A DNA stretch of 64,000 bases from Octopus sinensis (GCF_006345805.1 NW_021832570.1:8181-72180); one strand, 5' to 3'; shown: positions 25,620 to 38,610, counted from the stretch's first letter. A program made the numbers and translations. The notes: generated by a model from the sequence alone, not told the origin.

Positions 25620-25990
25620 CACTTTTTATTGACCAAAGGACCAGGGTAAGCCAGTTAATTATAATCGCCCGTGATCCCCCGATTCATGCGAGGGAGATCC
25701 TTCTGAAAGGTTCGATCCTCCCCACAATGAACGGACTGAGACGACGATGTCCCAGGGTCAGAGTTCTAGAAGTCCTTTTTCGGTAGGCATTAAGTGCCTC
25801 CTGAGCGTTTCCATATCCGATTGGAAGGTCCAACTGACATGGTGGACCCCATAACGCCACGCTAAGACCGGAAGGAAGGTAAGAGATCCCCATTTTCAAC
25901 TGTGTCGTGCCAGAATACTCGTTGCCTCACGGGCAGGGGAACGATAACGAGAATTGACCCCGAGTGTTCACGACACTAGTATTAGACAAC
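25620..25990 (-). mobile_element. 3' end of non-LTR retrotransposon
   Basis: GC-rich fragment. Its 3' end (GATCACGGGCGATTATAATTAACTGGCTTACCC...AATAAA) resembles 41320-41390. Confidence 0.5.
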
Positions 25991-26289
25991 ATCTGACTTT
26001 TTTCCAGTTGATTTTTAATTAATATTATTTTATATTTAATTTTAAACATCCAATATTTTATTTAATCTAGCAAAATATATTTGTAGAAAAAGAACTTTAC
26101 AAAATAAACAAATTCCGAGATTCATGTGTTTTTAATAAAATAGACCTCATACAGGGGAAAATTTTTATACTATCATAAACGACTGATTGAGATATTTCTT
26201 TAATTCTTGATTTATTATTATTTATTGTAAATTGTTTTTACATTCTAGTAATCAATAAAAGCACTGTTTTCCTAAGCCTTCTCTTTTTC

Positions 26290-27070
26290 AAAATGAAAGA
26301 TGGGAGATTGGTCAGATCCTCTACGTTCTCCCTGACATTACATTTAAAATGACATTTAAATTCTCGAACGGTCAAAAATTTTAAAAACTCATATAATTTT
26401 TTTTAAATAACGATATCTAAAAGTAAAAAGATAGCTAAGCTAATTAAAGGCCTTACATAATTGATTTGAAGTTTGAAAAATAAACACATGATTCAATTTT
26501 TTTAGAACACTTTCTATGCCAATTTAATTTTTTGGTGTTAAATATGAAGACTTTTCCTTTTTATGCCCTGCAACCACTAAGAGTCGCTTTTATGTGGTTT
26601 GTCATGGTATGTTTTTTTTGCCCCTTAGTTTTTTGCAGTAGCATGAAAGCAGAATTTATAGAGGGATATGCATATGGCCAAGTGGCCATGATTATCTTAC
26701 TTTAAAATTACAAGTAAAATGCTAATCAATGAAACTTGTCTGCTACAAAATCTTTAGTTAATTCTAGCAAATGAGTTGGTTTTTATTTTAATCCATATCA
26801 GTTGAATCTTTTTATATATACATAACTAATGAAAAAAAATTACGAAACAGAGCTACAAAACCTTGAAAATGAAGTGGAAAAGTACAAACACGAAGCCCAA
26901 ATGTATGCATCTATAAGATGCTAGGGCGAAGGAAGAAATCTGAAAATCAAACTATACAATATGTTTTTACGTTTTTTAATATCTCTTCAAAATTTTCCCA
27001 GACCACTGAATGTTCGATTCTCCTCTAATATTACTAATCGTTTCTTTTCCGTATTTATTAATTTGTGACA
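26290..27070 (+). repeat. Copy of dispersed CCATATGGCCAT repeat
   Basis: Same conserved blocks as 3290-3830. Confidence 0.75.
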
Positions 27071-28329
27071 GTTTTATTTAACTTTTTAGAAAAAGAATCT
27101 CGCTTTTTCTTAACATAAGTTGCAAATCTTGAAAACTACCCTGCGCAAATAATTACTTTATTTAACATGCGAAAATGGAAGAGACAAAAGGACAAAATTA
27201 CTTTAAGTACTGCACATGTGTATTTTTTATTTCTTATTGCAAAAAATAATAGTTAAATAACTGGTATGCACCCATAGTCTGCAAGGTGGTTTTACCAGAA
27301 CTGTAAAAATTGAAAGTACAAACATATTGTAAATAAGTATTTAGATCTGATACCAGCCGAGAAAATCTGAAACAACGAATTACTCAATTTACATGAATTC
27401 ATTATTGCATATTATTCAAAATAATTTTTGAGTTCTAATAATTATTTTTTCGTTATTTTTTATTAATGATAAAATAATTTTGCTTATATTTTAGTAGAAA
27501 TTTTTTGAACTGAGTTATTGTCGGTTTTGGAAATGTTAACTATTGCGGTACAGACGTCGGAAAGTAAGTTGCTATGTTTTTCAAAGATTATATTTAGATT
27601 CTTTATTATCGATTAGAGCGAGAAATTAAATAAAAGCCTCAATAAACTTTATTGTCTTCTCAGAATTGTTTTTTACTACATTTTCGATTTTCACAACACT
27701 TGTTCAGGGTAGACTTTTAACCAGACTTTTGAACATTCCGATTAAAATCGATAAAATGAAAGTTCCATCTAAAATTCGGCCACCTCTAAATTGCATTTTT
27801 ATCCCAAATTGACGTTGTTCCATTTCTCCAAATATGGACGTTACGGTTAATTATATATATAAATGGTCGGAATGTTTTTACTCTGAAGTATCAAAAATTT
27901 TTCAATAAAGATTTTTCTTGTATTTTTATTGACCTCTAATCGTCTTTCATTTTTCAAATCTAACATCTTTTAAAGTGTAGTAAAATAAATTCAATAATTA
28001 AGTATTGTTGATTTTAACACTGAGATTTTCTATTTTAGATAAAGATGCTAATATCTCGCAAATTTAGGAGCTAGTTTGCTTGTATAACATCAGCCATATT
28101 GATCCAGCGTACTTGTGTAATTTTTATACCTTTTTCCACCTCTTCCATCTTCCTCAATAAGTTTTTACCTGTCGATATAGGTTTGAAATGAGGATTCCTA
28201 AATTAACAGTTTCTTGATTCCTTTCCTCAATTCGATTGGTAAGCTGTCAATATTTAGGCTCTTTGTCTTTTTTCTTTGTCTTACTGTTTAATTAAAAATT
28301 AAAAATTTGATAATTAATACATTTTTAAA

Positions 28330-29600
28330 AAGCATGGCACTACGTAAGTCTAGAGTAATTACACACAACTTTGTATGTGTAACAAAAAGTTTTAGTGTTT
28401 TTATTTAATCTTTAACTCAAATTTTTAGGTTAATTTTTCTAGTTCGTAGGGTAATCAAGTTATTTTTTGGTTTATTTTCTTTATTTTTTAGCTTAAAAAT
28501 CGGCCTAGTCATTATAATTGATTTGAAGCTTGAAAAATGAACTTTCATGCAAATTGAATTTTTTGGTGTTAAAAAAGAGGCTTTTCCTTTTTAAGCCCCA
28601 AGCGACCCTTAGTGGTTGCATTTACATCTGCCATATTTGTTTCATAACCTATTTTTCTTTACTTGTAGCATTTTACAATTGCATGAAAGCAGAGTTTTTA
28701 GACTGCTATCCATATGGCCATTGGTAGTTTACTTTAAATTATAAGGAATAAAGCTAATCAATGACTGTTTTAGTCTGCTACAATATTTTAATTAATTTGT
28801 CAATCATTAGTTTATTCTAAAAAATTCTGTTCAACATTTTTCAATGTTCAGTGACGTTTGATTCTGGCCAGATATTAGAATAAAGGTTTCTTATTTATAT
28901 TCCCCGTTTGTGACAGCGTGCCTTCTATAACGATTTTAATTCATTTAATTAACTGTTCGTAATTAAATAAAAAATGATCTTGAATGAGTTTGCGATTAAC
29001 AGATTTTTAAAAACACTTTAAAAGTTATGTAATTTTTATGTGTAACAAAAATTATTTGTGTTTTTATTGTTTAGTTAAGTTAAATTTTTAAGTTATTTTT
29101 TTTAGTTTGTAGTTAAATAAAGCTAATTTTTGGTTAGTTTTTTTTTATTTTTAGCTTAAATAATTGATTTGAAGTTTGAAAAATGAACTTCCATGGAAAT
29201 TGAATTTTTTGGTGTTAAAAAGAGGCGTTTCCTTTTTATGCCCCATGCAACCACTAAGGGTTGCATTTACCGAATCGCCTTATTTGTTTCATTACCTGAC
29301 TTTCTTAGCATGTAGCATTTTACCCATATGGCCATATGGCCATAGGTAATTTACTTTAAATTATATATAAACAAGCTAATCAATGACAGTTTTTGTCTGC
29401 TCCAATATTTTAATTAATTCGTCAATCATTAGTCACTTCTACCAAATTCTCTTCAACTTTTTCCTATTTTCAGTGACTTTTGATTCTGCTCAGATATTAG
29501 AATTAAGGTTTCTTATCTATATTCCCTGTTTGTGACAGCGTGACTTCTATTTATGATTGACTGACCACTCAAGTCATGCATGCATAATTATACTAAGTCC
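28330..29600 (+). repeat. Two adjacent copies of dispersed CCATATGGCCAT repeat
   Basis: 28330-28930 and 29020-29600 are diverged head-to-tail copies. Confidence 0.8.
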
Positions 29601-30701
29601 TTTGATATTGTTTAAAAACAGTACATTAATGGAATTCTGGTGCGAAATAAGAACTCTCTCAGTTAATTCCATTTATTACTCAGTTAATTCCATTTCACAC
29701 AACATATCGGTGAAACGGCAATGTCAAATCATGTATATTTAAAGTCAAAGTATTGAAATCGTCTTAAAGTAGATGATAAAGCTGAACATTGAAAATGTTT
29801 TTCAAATTTTTGACAGCAATAAAACATGAAAATTTTAAAAATTTTTGCGAATTTGTTTTTTGTAAAAAAAGTTTTAAAAAATTCATTTTAAAATGCATCT
29901 TCATGATAAGATTTCGGTACTTGTGCATCTCATGCATCATGAAATAAGGCTCGAAATACAAAAAATATCATTACTTTATTTAAAACCGTATTTGTAACAA
30001 TAAGGTCACCAATCAGGAAAAGTTTCTTTATATAATTATTTTCTAGATCTAATAAAAATAAAATTCAATTAAATTTTGGTAACTGAGACGTTTCTTTGTA
30101 TTTTTTACAGATAATTTAATGGAATTGGCATTTAAAAAATAAAATAGTAATTGACATTTCAAAATATCTTATTACATGATGCTTTTCACTTTTAACTTTG
30201 AGATTCGCTCATTTACAATTATCTGTCGAATAACTAAAAAATTCCTTATTAAACTGGGGGACCTGGCAAGCAGAAGGAGAAATGATCATCGGGCTTTTCC
30301 AACGCATATTCCGATTAAAACAGTTAGAATAGCTATCTTGCGTGGGAATTGCCATTTCATCTTATCCTCTGCTGCTAATTAAATACTGTGAAAATAATTG
30401 TTCCTGTAGTTTCATGACTGTCGTTTGAACAAATACAAAAGCTAGTCGTATTATCTGTCACCCCCGATGAAATCCAACTTGGTTTTCTAGCAGACTATAA
30501 TTGTAAAATTTTTTTTTTGTATTTCACATAAAATATCAAGGGAAACAGATAGTTTGTCTTTTTATTAGCTTTTGCTGTATCTTATAAATTTTTCAATGAG
30601 TCTCCCAAAGTTTATAACACAATATATTTAATTTCAATTTATTCCAATTATTATTATTTTGTATGAAATGAAATTAAAAGAATAAATATATTCGCGCTTG
30701 T

Positions 30702-31357
30702 ATGTCTGTTCAGGTTTATTCCAAGTGTATTTTGGAAATATTAAAATTATTACTCCAAAATTCTGATTCCAACAAGGAAATTAAAACAGTTAGAATTCTC
30801 AAACATCAATTAAATAGGTTTTTGAATATATGACAAATCAACTCACTGAGTCTGACCTTCTGGTTCTTTTATCCTTATATCACATTCTAGAAAGAACTTC
30901 CTCTAAATGAAGATACTGTTCATTGCCGACTTACATCAGCTCCGTAAGTTAACTTTGATTATCTTAAAGAGATTGTAAATTAGACGAAATTGTAGCTCTT
31001 ATTAACAGTTATTATGGCTATGATATTTTAAAAGACCGGAATATTAGACAAACTTTAGAAAGTTCAGATTTGTTAAAAATTAATTTCAAATCGGAAAAGG
31101 AAACTGATTATTTTTCTGCAGTAAATAGTTCCACAGATTGTATTAAGTCAAATCGACTTTTATGGTCTATAAAAGAAGAAGCGACATTGTTGGATGCTGT
31201 CAAGATTTATGGAAAGGATTTTGACTATATTTCTACAATTTTACGTGAGAATCAACGTTCAGCTTCGGCAATAAAGAGAAAGTGGGAAAAGATGTCATGT
31301 GACAAAAAGTTGTTCAAAAAAGTTAGTAAATATTGGAGAATTCATTTCAAAAAATAA
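30702..31357 (+). CDS. ~190-aa protein with single C-terminal Myb/SANT domain
   Basis: Exons 30702-30788, 30818-30862, 30891-30943 and 30970-31357 (GT-AG introns of 29, 28 and 26 nt) join into one open frame. Domain: RLLWSIKEEATLLDAVKIYGKDFDYISTILRENQRSASAIKRKWEKM. Confidence 0.75.
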
Positions 31358-32767
31358 TTCTTCATTTGAACATTAATTTTTTGTGTTTATTAAAATGTTT
31401 TTAAACCTTACTTGATTTAATTTTTTAGTTATTTTAGTACGAGAGTGTTTCAATAATAAAACTAATTTTAGTTTTTAACCCTTTCTTTAAGAAAATTGTT
31501 TTACATTTAAATTAGTAGGTTTATTATGCTGTTTATTGCTACATTCATTAATGTGTATTATTTAATACTAAAGTATTTCATTCCTTAAAATATTGATTTG
31601 TACTAAACGAAACATTTTTATTGTAAGACAAAAGAGGATAGTGACAACAATTAGGACGGAAAAATAAACGAGACAATTGATCGGGGGAATCGAGATCATT
31701 GGAGGGGCGTCCGGTTTTCTGTCTGGAGGCAAGTCAGTCTGTTATTGATTCCGCTCGATAAATGGGTCGGTCACCCGAATTTGTATCTGGAAGAACTGGA
31801 TAGATTCTTTGATGGTCTGCCGCATCTCCGAGGACTTAGTCTCGGCCAGCTTGAGGCTGGGTCTCGTAGATCTAGCCTATAGGTTAGCTTCAGAGCATAG
31901 CGCCGTATCTTTTCGATTTCATTAGAATTATCTTATTTAGCATCGATTGTGACTCCCAAGTACTGTAAACAGTTAGCATTGATTGGCTTCTCAAAAAATA
32001 GTTTTTATTTTTGATTACTTGCTTTTTTAATAGTTTTATTGATTTTGTTAAATACTTTTTGAACTCACTTTGCGTTATTGATATTTGTAATTTGAGTTAT
32101 TTAGCTTTTTATGAAATAAATTATCAATATGATTTATTTGTATTAAGAATATACGAATTAAAAAGAAATAGATACGTGTCTACAAAATTAGTACAAAATT
32201 CCAAAAAGATTTAAATAAATAAACAATTTTAAAAGCATTACCATTTGGAAAAAACCGAGACTGCTTATTTTATCTAATACACCGCGCCAATTGTAATGCA
32301 CATCATTCATCAAGGACAAAGCGTAAGAAAAATTGAACGAACGCATAGACTAGGGCTAGCTGGCATGCTTAAAAATGAGTAATTTTCCTCTGAGCCGTGC
32401 TTGGCCAAAACTTATGTTTTTAAGCAGCTGGTCGCCACTGTGAGGATTGGAATCTGCCTACCTCTCGGTTCACCCGTACCGCCCAAACATAAATGTTGAT
32501 GAACTTGATTATCACTCCTCTTTCTGTCACGGAATTGGACGCTTTCCTCGCTACTTCGTAATTCCGGATTCCACACAAAGCTGGAACCTGATCTTTGCAA
32601 AAATAGCAGAAGACCAGACAGTATGACGACCTTTCCCTTCAATGGAAAAATTGTCTGGTTTGGAACGCTCAGAACATAAGAGAATCACTCGAAAGTTTCG
32701 GAATCCTATCCAAAGAGGTCAAAAGCAAGAAAATACGCTAAATATTCTTATTTTGAAAACTGTAGAG

Positions 32768-33715
32768 CAGGAGTGTCAAACATGGGGCCCTCAAAAGACA
32801 TAAGTGTAATCCTCAGCGTACTTTGGCAAACATAAGTGCGGTCTGATTTAATACAAAAAATTAATTTTTATTTTTTTTATATTTAATTAAAATTTTTAAT
32901 GATAATAGAATTAAAATGAAACAATTCGTTATCTACAATTTGTATTTAATTGTATTGTATTTTTAAATCGTGTTTGTCAATGTCTCGTACTTTTTCTGGA
33001 CTAAAATAGAAACGGTGCTTGAAAGATGAACGGAGAGTGTTTCAAGATAAATGGGAATTTCTCTATTTTTGCACAAGGGTTGATGGAAAAATACATTGTT
33101 TGATATATAACAAGTTTATCGCTATACCGAAAGAATACAACCCAATGAGGCATTATCAATCTAATCATCTATCATACAATTATTTCGAACGTATTAAATT
33201 GCTTATTAACCAAGAAGGTCCAATTCGCGTTTCAAAGCTAAATGAATTGCGAAAAAATTTATCTGCGTTACAGGCTCATTTCACAAAAAGTCATAACCAA
33301 TGTACTGCATTAGTCACTGCAAGGTATGAAATCAGCACAATGCCTGCAGTAAATGGAACTTCAAAAAGTTTGCAACAAAAATCATTGCTATGTTTGGTTC
33401 GACATATAGTGAACAGCTTTTTTCATTTATGAAATTGACAAAAACTGCTCAAAGAACAAGACTAACTGATAAACATTTATCCTCTTTAATACAAGTCGGA
33501 ACTACACGAATAGGTCAGCCTGACATCAAAAATTGTATCTAAAAAAAGATGTCAATCCTCTGGAAGCAGTTTTCACCAAAATTAAAGGACGATGATTGAA
33601 TAATTTAGTTTCTCTTATTTGGTTATTCATCATAATAAATATCATAATTAATCTTCCCTTAATGAGAAATTATTATAAATGCGGCCTTCGAAGCGAAATG
33701 AGTTTGACACCCCTG
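32768..33715 (+). mobile_element. Internally deleted hAT element (SPIN/GTF2IRD2-like)
   Basis: TIRs CAGGAGTGTCAAAC / GTTTGACACCCCTG. Perfect 8-bp TSD CTGTAGAG. ERRVFQDKWE...KEYNPMRHY BED-like N-terminus and RTRLTDKHL C-terminus. Confidence 0.92.
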
Positions 33716-34499
33716 CTGTAGAGTGTTTGTTCCCTGACAGTCAAAACGTCTTTAATACAAGGATCTTTTACTCGGAGCCTACTCTAAAAAATCGGGTAAC
33801 CATTAAAAAGGGTTACTGGCGACTAATCCGAGCACAGGTATCTTCCGAGTGAGTCTTCCTAGGTATAGTCAGGGGTAATGTTCTGGCTATCCGCTAATAA
33901 GCATTCCCTTTACTTGTGAAACTTTTTCTTAATCAATAATATAAAAAATAAGAAAGTAAATCAACTAACTACGACTAAAAGGTGTCTGTCAAGAGCCTAG
34001 GGGTCAGCTCTTGACGCAGCGCTGCGTATGGAATGGCAGTTTTCCGGTGAGCACAGCGACCGAGATTCGCTGAAAAGCCAGCTTGTCTGTCGATCGTTTT
34101 TTTTTGACATGATCTTCGATCCTATCAACCAGAGTTAAAAGAAGTGTTAAAAACAAGATGTTCAATGTGAGGACCATGACATATACAGAGACATCCTTTT
34201 CTACAGGTGGGGTCACTGGAGGATTCTGCATTTCAATCTCTAAAATCGTAATAAGGTCAACTGTCTCCATTCGCACAACCTTAAGCAAAGACAAGACAAG
34301 CTAATAACATAAATAGCAAAGACAAGCTAGACATCGATAATTTAATAATTTTGAATTACAAGTTCCTAACATTATATCCATTAAGAACCGATAATAATGG
34401 AGGAGATAAACATAACAATATATAATAGTAAAAGACAATAATGTCTGAATAGGCGGTGCATAGCATCTTAACAAAATATTGGTGGCGTCTCTTGATAGA

Positions 34500-35250
34500 T
34501 CGAGCATTCACAGCTATGATTTTGATTTGAACTATGTTGCTTGCATTCTCCCTCTAATAGGAGCCGTTGGAGCATTTCAGGTTCCACACCCAGTTTTGTC
34601 AGGGCTCCCATAAAATGGCGAAAGAATAACAAAAAAGCATTTCTGTTGTGCTTTTCCTGATTAGAGAGGGCACTTGTTTGTGGCGAGATATTGTCTGAAG
34701 GAGGCTTGTCTTCTTGCGGGCGTCAGCCGTAGGCATCGAGTTGATGTCGGGGTCGAGTTCAGGTAAAGTCTAAATGCAGACATCGGCTTTGGACAGACTC
34801 GGAGTTGGCCCCTTTGCCCAGATCGATTCAATCCGTTGGCTTTTGTCTAGCGGACCGGGTTTCTAGCTGGCAGATTGTAAACAATCCGTTTTGCTGGGCG
34901 GACGGCATCCGCAGTAACACTCAAGGTATCCCGAGTTGTTGAAATTTATGTAGATACTCTCAACAAGAGCTATTCTTTGCTTTCGGGCAGCTTTTATGCC
35001 TGTGTTCGTCCCGACAAAGTAGGCACCGGAGTTTTCGGTGCATATATTGGATGTGTGTTCAAACGGTTGCACCGGAAGCATCTTACAGCTGGGAGCTTGT
35101 GCCATTTGCATTGGATATGCCTGAAACCCAAGCTGTAATTCCGACGCTGCTGAAGATTTTATCCTCGGCTCTACCGTTGAGCGTCAGCTTCCCAACAGGA
35201 ATGCCGGCTCATACCGAGAGTATCTTTCGTAGTGTTTTTGATTTGTAGCG
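34500..35250 (-). mobile_element. Degenerate gag-like ORF1 fragment of a non-LTR element
   Basis: GC-rich. Frameshifted C-x2-C-x4-H-x4-C knuckle (RCFRC...EHTSNIC) and a second Cys cluster. Confidence 0.45.
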
Positions 35251-35643
35251 AAGTCTATCAAATATATTTATTCGAATCAAATAGTTTTTCTAGAGAGTAA
35301 AAAAACAGGTATAAAAATTAAACTTTGGGTATTCCAACAATCTGAAAATAAACAACGAATACAGTTTTCAGCCTAATTACTTTAAATGATGAGCTATTCA
35401 ATCATAAACAAATAGTATTGTAATACGGGAGTGAGAGCTATAATGACTCACAATCACATACCTATGAGAACTACTTCCAACCATTTAAATTGCTATTTAG
35501 TATGAATTATTAATATCAAAATTTTGTACTCATATGTTAACATAAGAAAAAACCAATAAATAAGTAACCCTAAACTGAGTATAAAAGTCCAATAAAATAT
35601 TTATTTTTATCAAAAATCAAAATAAAAAAGTAGAAGGGTACAA

Positions 35644-35704
35644 AAAGTCAGATGAATCATATAAATCACATACTTTGTGAAGAATAATCACATAATCTGA
35701 CTCC
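35644..35704 (-). promoter_or_regulatory. Candidate SECIS element (GUGA variant) in SPS 3'UTR
   Basis: Minus strand GGAGUCAGAU-uau-GUGAU-UAUUCUUCAC-AAAGUAU-GUGAUUUAUA-UGAU-uc-AUCUGACUUU. It has a 10-bp helix I, a GA/GA core and AAA 11 nt after GUGA, and begins 30 nt after the stop. Confidence 0.7.
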
Positions 35705-35734
35705 ATGCACCCAGGAAGCACTGCTCAATACTTC

Positions 35735-37091
35735 CTACCATAATTGATTTTCATGATCTTTCGCGGGAACTTCAATGACTCTTACACTATCCTCTATCCT
35801 CGCTGTACGGTTCCCCTTCTGAACCACTCCAATAATCCACGCCTGGTACCCTTCCTGCCTTTGAAGATCCTTACAAAAACTCGCCGCTTGTTGTTGTGGT
35901 AAAATTATCAAAAGCCCACCTAAAAACAATAAAATTTCAAAAACAAAAAAACCCGAAGTTTCAGGACAACGACCACTCAACAGCGGAAAAGGACTCCCAC
36001 ACGATTTATTAAACGAGTGTAATTTAGCAATAACAGGAATGTTGTAAATCAAAAAGGAGACTTGATTGGTCTGGCAACGTGCCAAATTCTCCGCATGGCC
36101 TAAAAGACCATAACCCGTCACATCTGTTGCCCCATGTGAATTATAACGTTTCATTAGAATTGAAGCTAACATTTACCCAATTAATAAAACCTTCTCGATT
36201 AAGTCTTGTCATTGAGTCAATTGCACGTTTATAAGCTTTAATCACATCACTTTGACGGGCTACACTCTTGAGTTTACTCCACTTGTCAGGCCGATTGAGC
36301 CACAAGTACATATTTATAGCCAATTGGGTTCCCAGAGGTTTCGTAAGAACCAACACGTCTCCCTCTACTGCACTTGTTGGCCTAAAATAAATAACAAAAA
36401 TAACATTAAATAGTCTTTACATATCGAACTTGCAACACCTCCAATGACCATCCAAGGATTAAAAGTAACACTTCCACCCGAAATTTCAATTCCCGCCAAT
36501 TTAGCTTGATCCTATATAATATTACGTAATCTAAAAGCCACTCTAAATCCACTACGAATCAAATCCACCACAATACTCCTCTCAGCCCCAACAAGTCCTG
36601 TACTGACACCCAAAATCATTTTCAAACAGTCACAATTAGAGACTCCCAAAGCGTAGAGATCGCTGAGGACATTAGAACATGCTATTCTCCCCTAAAAGTT
36701 ATAAACGACCAAAATAATACCATTTTGTAAGGATCGTCAATATTTGGGTAGAAAAAATCAGTAGTTTGTATTAGACTGAGACCTCCGTACCGCAAGGGGA
36801 CAATACTGCAGTCAATTCCTTGAATATATAATGTAAGTTACCCATTAAGGATCTGGAAGAATTTAGATCCATGGGGATGTTCGGCTTCTGTCCCTCCAGT
36901 AGTCTGAGCAGGACTGACTGGGGGACTTTGCACCCTCATCCCTTTAGTTCGGTGTATTTTGTGAGAGCAAAATCTCTACGTAAGCCGTATTTCGTTGGGT
37001 CGAAACCGACTTCTTGTTTATCCTAAAATGATGATATTATATTTAAAATATATGTTTTATTAAAGGTTGAAAAATAACACGGCACAACCAT
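35735..37091 (-). CDS. SEPHS2: Selenophosphate synthetase (SelD/SPS) with in-frame UGA at the Sec position
   Basis: LTKYTELKG(TGA)GCKVPQ (TGA at 36938-36936), [47 protein letters not shown] and PETSGGLL. Introns 36819-36841, 36692-36720, 36512-36541, 36382-36404, 36166-36190 and 35920-35952. The 5' intron (~37023-37088) and the start codon are less certain. Confidence 0.93.
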
Positions 37092-37149
37092 CAAAAAAAT
37101 TAGATAATATCTTATTTGATTATTAAAATTTTAATTAAACAAATAAAAA

Positions 37150-37450
37150 AATTATAATTTTTTATTTAAAGTTAATGAAATTCGGTTGAAAGCGGCAAAC
37201 CTGCTAAACACTTTTTCCGATAAAGAGATTATCCCAAAAGCCTGGAACAACATCATAAAGTCATCGGCAATCCATCTACGGGAGGTTCGTCCTGAAAATC
37301 CCCGTCCGTACCGAAAATGCGTCGGGACAACGGCGGAACATCGGGAGAGGCTGCGCGAACTGCTGAGGGAGGCTGGGATCACCTGAATTCTTCTTTCTTT
37401 TCGCTATGACGGTGGTTTTCTGGTTCAATAAATAAAAATAAATAAATAAA
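37150..37450 (+). mobile_element. 3' end of non-LTR retrotransposon
   Basis: CVGTTAEHRERLRELLREAGIT* resembles CVGSRVQHREKLRKILRIVEIT* at ~55865-55935. (TAAA)n tail. Confidence 0.6.
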
Positions 37451-37454
37451 CAAG

Positions 37455-37760
37455 AAAATAAATTTCTGCACAAATTTTTCATCGAGGAGCATTTTATTTG
37501 GTTGGATTATATAATTCATTTAATATAGGATGAAGAACAAGATGTTTCAAAACGTGACTTTAATCAGTCAACATTGGAAGACCATTTTGACAAATCAAGA
37601 CTACCTCGTGTTATGCTGGTTAGTCATTTAAAAATGCTATTTTTTTATTTCTACAAATATAAATTAAGATGAAAAATTTTTGGATGGCTGGAAGGAAAAA
37701 TATACTCATTTAGTGCATAAGGATAATCTTTTATAATTCTCCATGGAAGACGAATCTCAG
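37455..37760 (+). pseudogene. MFAP1: MFAP1 (spliceosomal Spp381-like) C-terminal fragment, frameshifted
   Basis: KFLHKF-HRGAFYL / DEEQDVSKRDFNQSTLEDHFDKSRLPRVML / MKNF-MAGRK-YTHLVHKD matches the conserved MFAP1 C-terminus. Introns are retained, there are at least two frameshifts, and the 5' part is absent. Confidence 0.75.
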
Positions 37761-37916
37761 GGTGGGGTCAGACCCGTCGGAGAAATTGAAGGAATTCGTG
37801 ATCTTCTTTGTACGCCCTCCGGAAAAACTGAAATACATGATGTTTGATCGTCCTTGAGTAATTAAAAAAATGACCTTTATTATTTTTTAAAATGTAAATA
37901 TTTGTATATTCTAATG

Positions 37917-38610
37917 CAGGTGTTCTCAACCGTGGGCGAATCGCCCCCCTAGGGGCGATAATTTTGTACAGGGGGGCGATAATTTTGTACAAGGGGGCGA
38001 TAATATATTTAGTAAAATATTCGAATTTTAATATAATACAGTATTTATACATGTTAATTTTAATAATGTTTCAGATTTATTATATTTTTTCTATAGTGTT
38101 TATCCTTAAATTTATATTTTAAAGATGTTTTATTTTATATTTATTCTAAAGATGTCTTCTCGCTCAATAAGAAAAGTCGTCATTATCAAAACGAATATTT
38201 AAAATATGGGTTTATTCAAAGTACTGAAGATACAAAAACAGCCTTATTGTCTATTTGTCAATGTTCTTTCTCAAATGAGGCGATGAAGCCATCACGATTA
38301 CAGGATCATCTAAAACGCAAGCACCCGGATAAAATGTCAAAGCCGATTGAATATTTTCAAAATTTAAAATACAATTTTGAAAATAAGAAAACGATCAAAT
38401 CGTTATTCACAAAGCCAGTACATGATGGTTTATTACATTTGATTTATTATTTTATATTTTGATTTTTGAGTTATATACAAAAAACAACCAATTAAGGGAC
38501 AATGCCCAAAAATTTTTAAATTGTATGTGGACAAGGGGGCGATAAAATTTCAAAGGGGGGCGATAAAATATCTAAGGGGGCGATGAACAAAAAAAGGTTG
38601 AGAATGCCTG
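37917..38610 (+). mobile_element. hAT MITE-like deletion derivative (ZBED5-like BED fragment)
   Basis: TIRs CAGGTGTTCTCAACC / GGTTGAGAATGCCTG. Perfect TSD TTCTAATG. GGGGGCGAT subterminal repeats. SNEAMKPSRLQDHLKRKHP. Confidence 0.92.

Noticed and set aside
29760-30620. Gene divergent from the Myb gene
   Set aside because: Could not assemble an open spliced frame or identify motifs.
36936-36938. Non-standard genetic code (UGA=Trp) or SPS pseudogene
   Set aside because: The UGA is exactly at the known Sec site. Conserved Trp codons in the host genes are TGG, tRNA-Trp has CCA, and the rest of the gene is intact.
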